NCBI GenBank assembly: GCA_020536535.1
Contig: JAHLWZ010000524.1
Coordinates: forward strand, 1-37,670
Source: Pelomyxa schiedti
Taxonomy: Eukaryota; Protista; Evosea
DNA: 37,670 nucleotides
Reading direction: 5' to 3'
In this document: in pieces, positions 36,098 through 37,670 of the stretch
Position numbering within the stretch: the first letter of the stretch is position 1
Layout of the letters: every line of letters begins with the position of its first letter
Program-made: the position numbers and the translations under genes
The notes under the pieces: model-generated
What the model saw: the letters and a program-made list of their open reading frames with translations, nothing else
What the model was told of the DNA's origin: nothing
Database searches by the model: none

Positions 36098-37670
36098 TTA
36101 GTACCTGTTTTCATCAGATTTTTTTTGTAACAACCACCACAACCAATATCTTTTAGTCGACCCTTGTTCGGCAGCCAGCGCATACAGCCTTACGGCTTCT
36201 GCCAGGTCTTTGCTCACCCCAGCCTCTGCACACCCAGTCTCATACAGTTTGGCCATGCGGTACTGTCCCTTTGCATCACCACCCTTTGATGCCATGGCAA
36301 GCCACTTCACTGCCTCCCTCAGGTTCCGCTTGCAACCAACAAAACTAGCCCCATTCATGTACCAGCTGCCGAGACGCGATTGCGCCCACAGGTTGCCAAG
36401 GCGGGCTGACACCTCCAAGTGCTCAATAGAACTAGAAGAAAGAAGCAGGCATCCAATGAAGTACTCAGCCAATGCGCGTGGCACACTGAGGCACGAACTG
36501 GTGGTTGCTGTTACTGCCAATGATATTGCATTGTATTGTTCCTTGCGTCTCACATCATCACCATTGTGGTACATGTATCCACGCATTACATGCGCCAAGG
36601 CGGCAACACCACACTTCCAGTCTTGCACAGTTGTTGGTGTGTGGTCTCCCAGAAGAGGTTGTTCTGGTGCTGATGGTGCCCAAAACAGAGACCAGAATTT
36701 GTTGGTAGGTGCTTTGGTGGCCGGTGTTGGTGGTGGTTGTGGCACCAATGACAAAGCCAGTTCGATGATGGTTTGGAGAAAAACAAGTGATTCTGGGGCA
36801 CACTTTGGGAGACTGCGTTCGATCTCAAAGTCTGCCATCTTGGTGAATGGGCCAAGGCTGATGAAAAGGGAGGGTTTAAATGCGAGCATGAAGTACAGAA
36901 GCAGCAGAGCAACAGTTTCAGATTGGTTGTGTGTCTTCCTTTTGGATCTACAAGAATCCAGATTTACCACATGATCAGGTTTGTTGTTGTCTTCATGTAT
37001 TTCACAAAGGGGCCCATGCAAGGAACAAGGGAACATTTCAAGGCAGTTCTCAAAGGCGTGTCTGAAGTCTCCTTCGACAAAGAGCCTCATTGTCTGCAGT
37101 GCAAATTGTTCTTCTCCCACCCCTGCACTACCAATTGGAAAAGGTTGGGTATGTTAGATACACACTAGAAATGTACAGGTTTCCAATGCATTTGAGAGTT
37201 GGAGTGACATCTTCTTTGTTGATATGAAATCTGCCTTCACCCAGCAATGACAAAGTGTTGCAAAGTGGTTCCTGAATAGGTTTTTAATAAGTGGAATGAA
37301 GGGAAGTAAGAGAGCAACCACCAACGTTTCCCTAGCTTTGCTGTGCTTCATGAGGACTGGACTGCGAGTGATGACGACAAGAGATGTTTGCATACCACTA
37401 TTCTCTTGACAAAATGCAGCGGCATTCTTCAAGTTGTTCTGAGAATCATTCAAGTGAGAGACAATGGAATGTGTGCATTTTATTTGCAACTCGAGGGCTC
37501 TCTTCCTTGTTTCAAAGAATTTTGAAGTGTAAGCAAGCAGCATGTTCTTCTTTTTCTGAAGTGCCTTCATCAATCTGTTGAATGTTCCTTTGATGTTCTC
37601 TTCAACTCTCCTTTGCCGCTTTTTTTGTTTGATGAGAAAGTAACACAATAAGTTATCACACAGACACCTT
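36098..37670 (-). CDS. Coiled-coil plus SEL1-like repeat protein, 5' end outside window
   Basis: SEL1 repeats AQSRLGSWYMNG..KRNLREAVKWLAMASKGGDAKGQYRMAKLYETG..VSKDLAEAVRLYALAAEQG; upstream heptad region EENIKGTFNRLMKALQKKKNMLL resembles a B-box C-terminal coiled coil. Confidence 0.75.

Noticed and set aside
36210-36974. 254-aa plus-strand ORF
   Set aside because: Antisense to the SEL1-repeat CDS; no recognisable motifs.

Overview
Gene-dense, intron-rich eukaryotic (protist) DNA with many short GT-AG introns (mostly ~30-100 nt), so the ORF track only shows gene fragments. Gene style suggests an amoebozoan, possibly an archamoeba such as Pelomyxa (inference only). After manual splicing, left to right: a partial histidine acid phosphatase, a 100-N scaffold gap, a myristoylation-motif Ras-like pseudo-GTPase/TLDc gene, an RCC1-repeat/F-box/ARF-GTPase fusion gene, two more acid phosphatase paralogs flanking two tandem copies of an unknown intronless family (one disrupted), RAD54/RAD54B, an intergenic 170-nt fold-back hairpin, CAND1, TMEM258/OST5, VAMP7, CMTR1-like cap methyltransferase, POLA2, a hypothetical gene, a small tandem repeat, a bacterial-type GNAT acetyltransferase with introns, and a truncated coiled-coil/SEL1-repeat gene. 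Best candidates for new biology: the RCC1-F-box-ARF fusion (catalytic Gln replaced by Glu), the pseudo-GTPase-TLDc fusion and the pre-miRNA/MITE-like hairpin. All exon boundaries were read by eye and lack transcript support.
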